From: Calditrichia bacterium
GTDB lineage: Bacteria; Calditrichota; Calditrichia; RBG-13-44-9
Assembly: GCA_037381445.1 (NCBI GenBank)
Contig: JARRQT010000074.1
Coordinates: 1-17,282, forward strand
Direction of reading: 5' to 3'
Length of the DNA stretch: 17,282 bases
The notes under the pieces are model-generated. The model saw nothing but the letters and a program-made list of their open reading frames with translations. It was not told the origin of the DNA and made no database searches. Positions 16,651-17,282 of the stretch are shown here, piece after piece. The position numbers and the translations under genes were made by a program. The stretch's first letter is position 1, and the number at the start of each line of letters is the position of its first letter.

Positions 16651-17282
16651 TGGCGAAAAAATATGCAATTGGCATTGACCTGGGCGGAACGGCGATAAAA
16701 TATGGAATATGCAGCGAAGATGGCGAGCTGCTGGATCAGGACTCGGTGGAATCGCCGGCGGACGCACCCAAAGAAAAAATTCTGGAAGCGCTCGCAAAGC
16801 TGGTTGAAAAGGCATTGAAATCTGCGCAGCAGCAAGGAATCAAAATTTCAGCCATCGGCCTGGGGACTCCCGGCAGCGTGGATGTGGAGCGCGGCTTTCT
16901 GATCGGAAGTACCCCGAATTTTAAGCATTGGAAAAATGCAGCGATCTCCGAGTATTTGCAGTCCAGATTTTCGCTGCCTGCTTTTGCGGATAATGACGCC
17001 AATGTCATGGCTTATGGTGAATTCAGTTTTGGCGCGGGCAAAGATGCGGACAATGTGGTTTGTGTTACCCTGGGAACCGGCATCGGTGGCGGGATCATCA
17101 TTGACGGCGAGCTTTACCGGGGCAGTCACTACTCCGGGGCCGAGATTGGACATATGACCATTATCTTTGACGGAAGGGCCTGCAACTGCGGCGGAACGGG
17201 ATGCTGGGAACAGTATGCTTCCGCTTCGGCCATGGTCAAGGATTATAACCGCGAAAACCATGATAATCAGGTTGGGGATTCC
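16650..17282 (+). CDS. ROK family sugar kinase (glucokinase-like), 3' truncated by the window edge
   Basis: Absent from the ORF track because it has no stop in the window. Manual translation from ATG 16650 (TAATG overlap) gives MAKKYAIGIDLGGT...GLGTPG...DNDANV...TLGTGIGGG...GAEIGH...CNCGGTGCWEQYAS. No N-terminal HTH, so a kinase rather than a repressor. Confidence 0.93.
   Translation, partial: MAKKYAIGIDLGGTAIKYGICSEDGELLDQDSVESPADAPKEKILEALAKLVEKALKSAQQQGIKISAIGLGTPGSVDVERGFLIGSTPNFKHWKNAAISEYLQSRFSLPAFADNDANVMAYGEFSFGAGKDADNVVCVTLGTGIGGGIIIDGELYRGSHYSGAEIGHMTIIFDGRACNCGGTGCWEQYASASAMVKDYNRENHDNQVGDS

Noticed and set aside
16736..17261. ORF-track calls 16736-17008 (-), 16848-17261 (-) and 16936-17157 (+)
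   Set aside because: Shadows of the ROK kinase CDS that starts at 16650.

Overview
Gene-dense, entirely + strand chromosomal region from a diderm bacterium, probably anaerobic or facultative, with moderate GC and AT-rich intergenic spacers. The gene set (exbB-exbD-exbD-tonB, alternative GlmU-type protein, long S41 protease) together with strong AGGAGG Shine-Dalgarno sites suggests a Calditrichota/KSB1-like or FCB-related lineage; this is inference only. Gene order: pyruvate:ferredoxin/flavodoxin oxidoreductase (nifJ), DHOD-like flavoprotein, terminator, UMF1/ATG22-type MFS transporter, membrane-anchored gluzincin peptidase, pyruvoyl arginine decarboxylase, GH57 glucanotransferase/amylase, S41 protease, exbB, exbD, truncated exbD, tonB, terminator, a ~160-bp nested palindromic element, a second tonB paralogue, a GlmU-like protein, and a ROK kinase that runs off the window and is absent from the ORF track. 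I see no mobile element, CRISPR array, tRNA or rRNA. The region is mostly housekeeping and I cannot support a major new system. The most notable items are (1) a second exbD lacking its transmembrane helix and essential Asp through an apparent clean 16-codon deletion, (2) the nifJ-linked DHOD-like enzyme lacking the catalytic Cys, and (3) the nested REP-like palindrome between the tonB paralogues.
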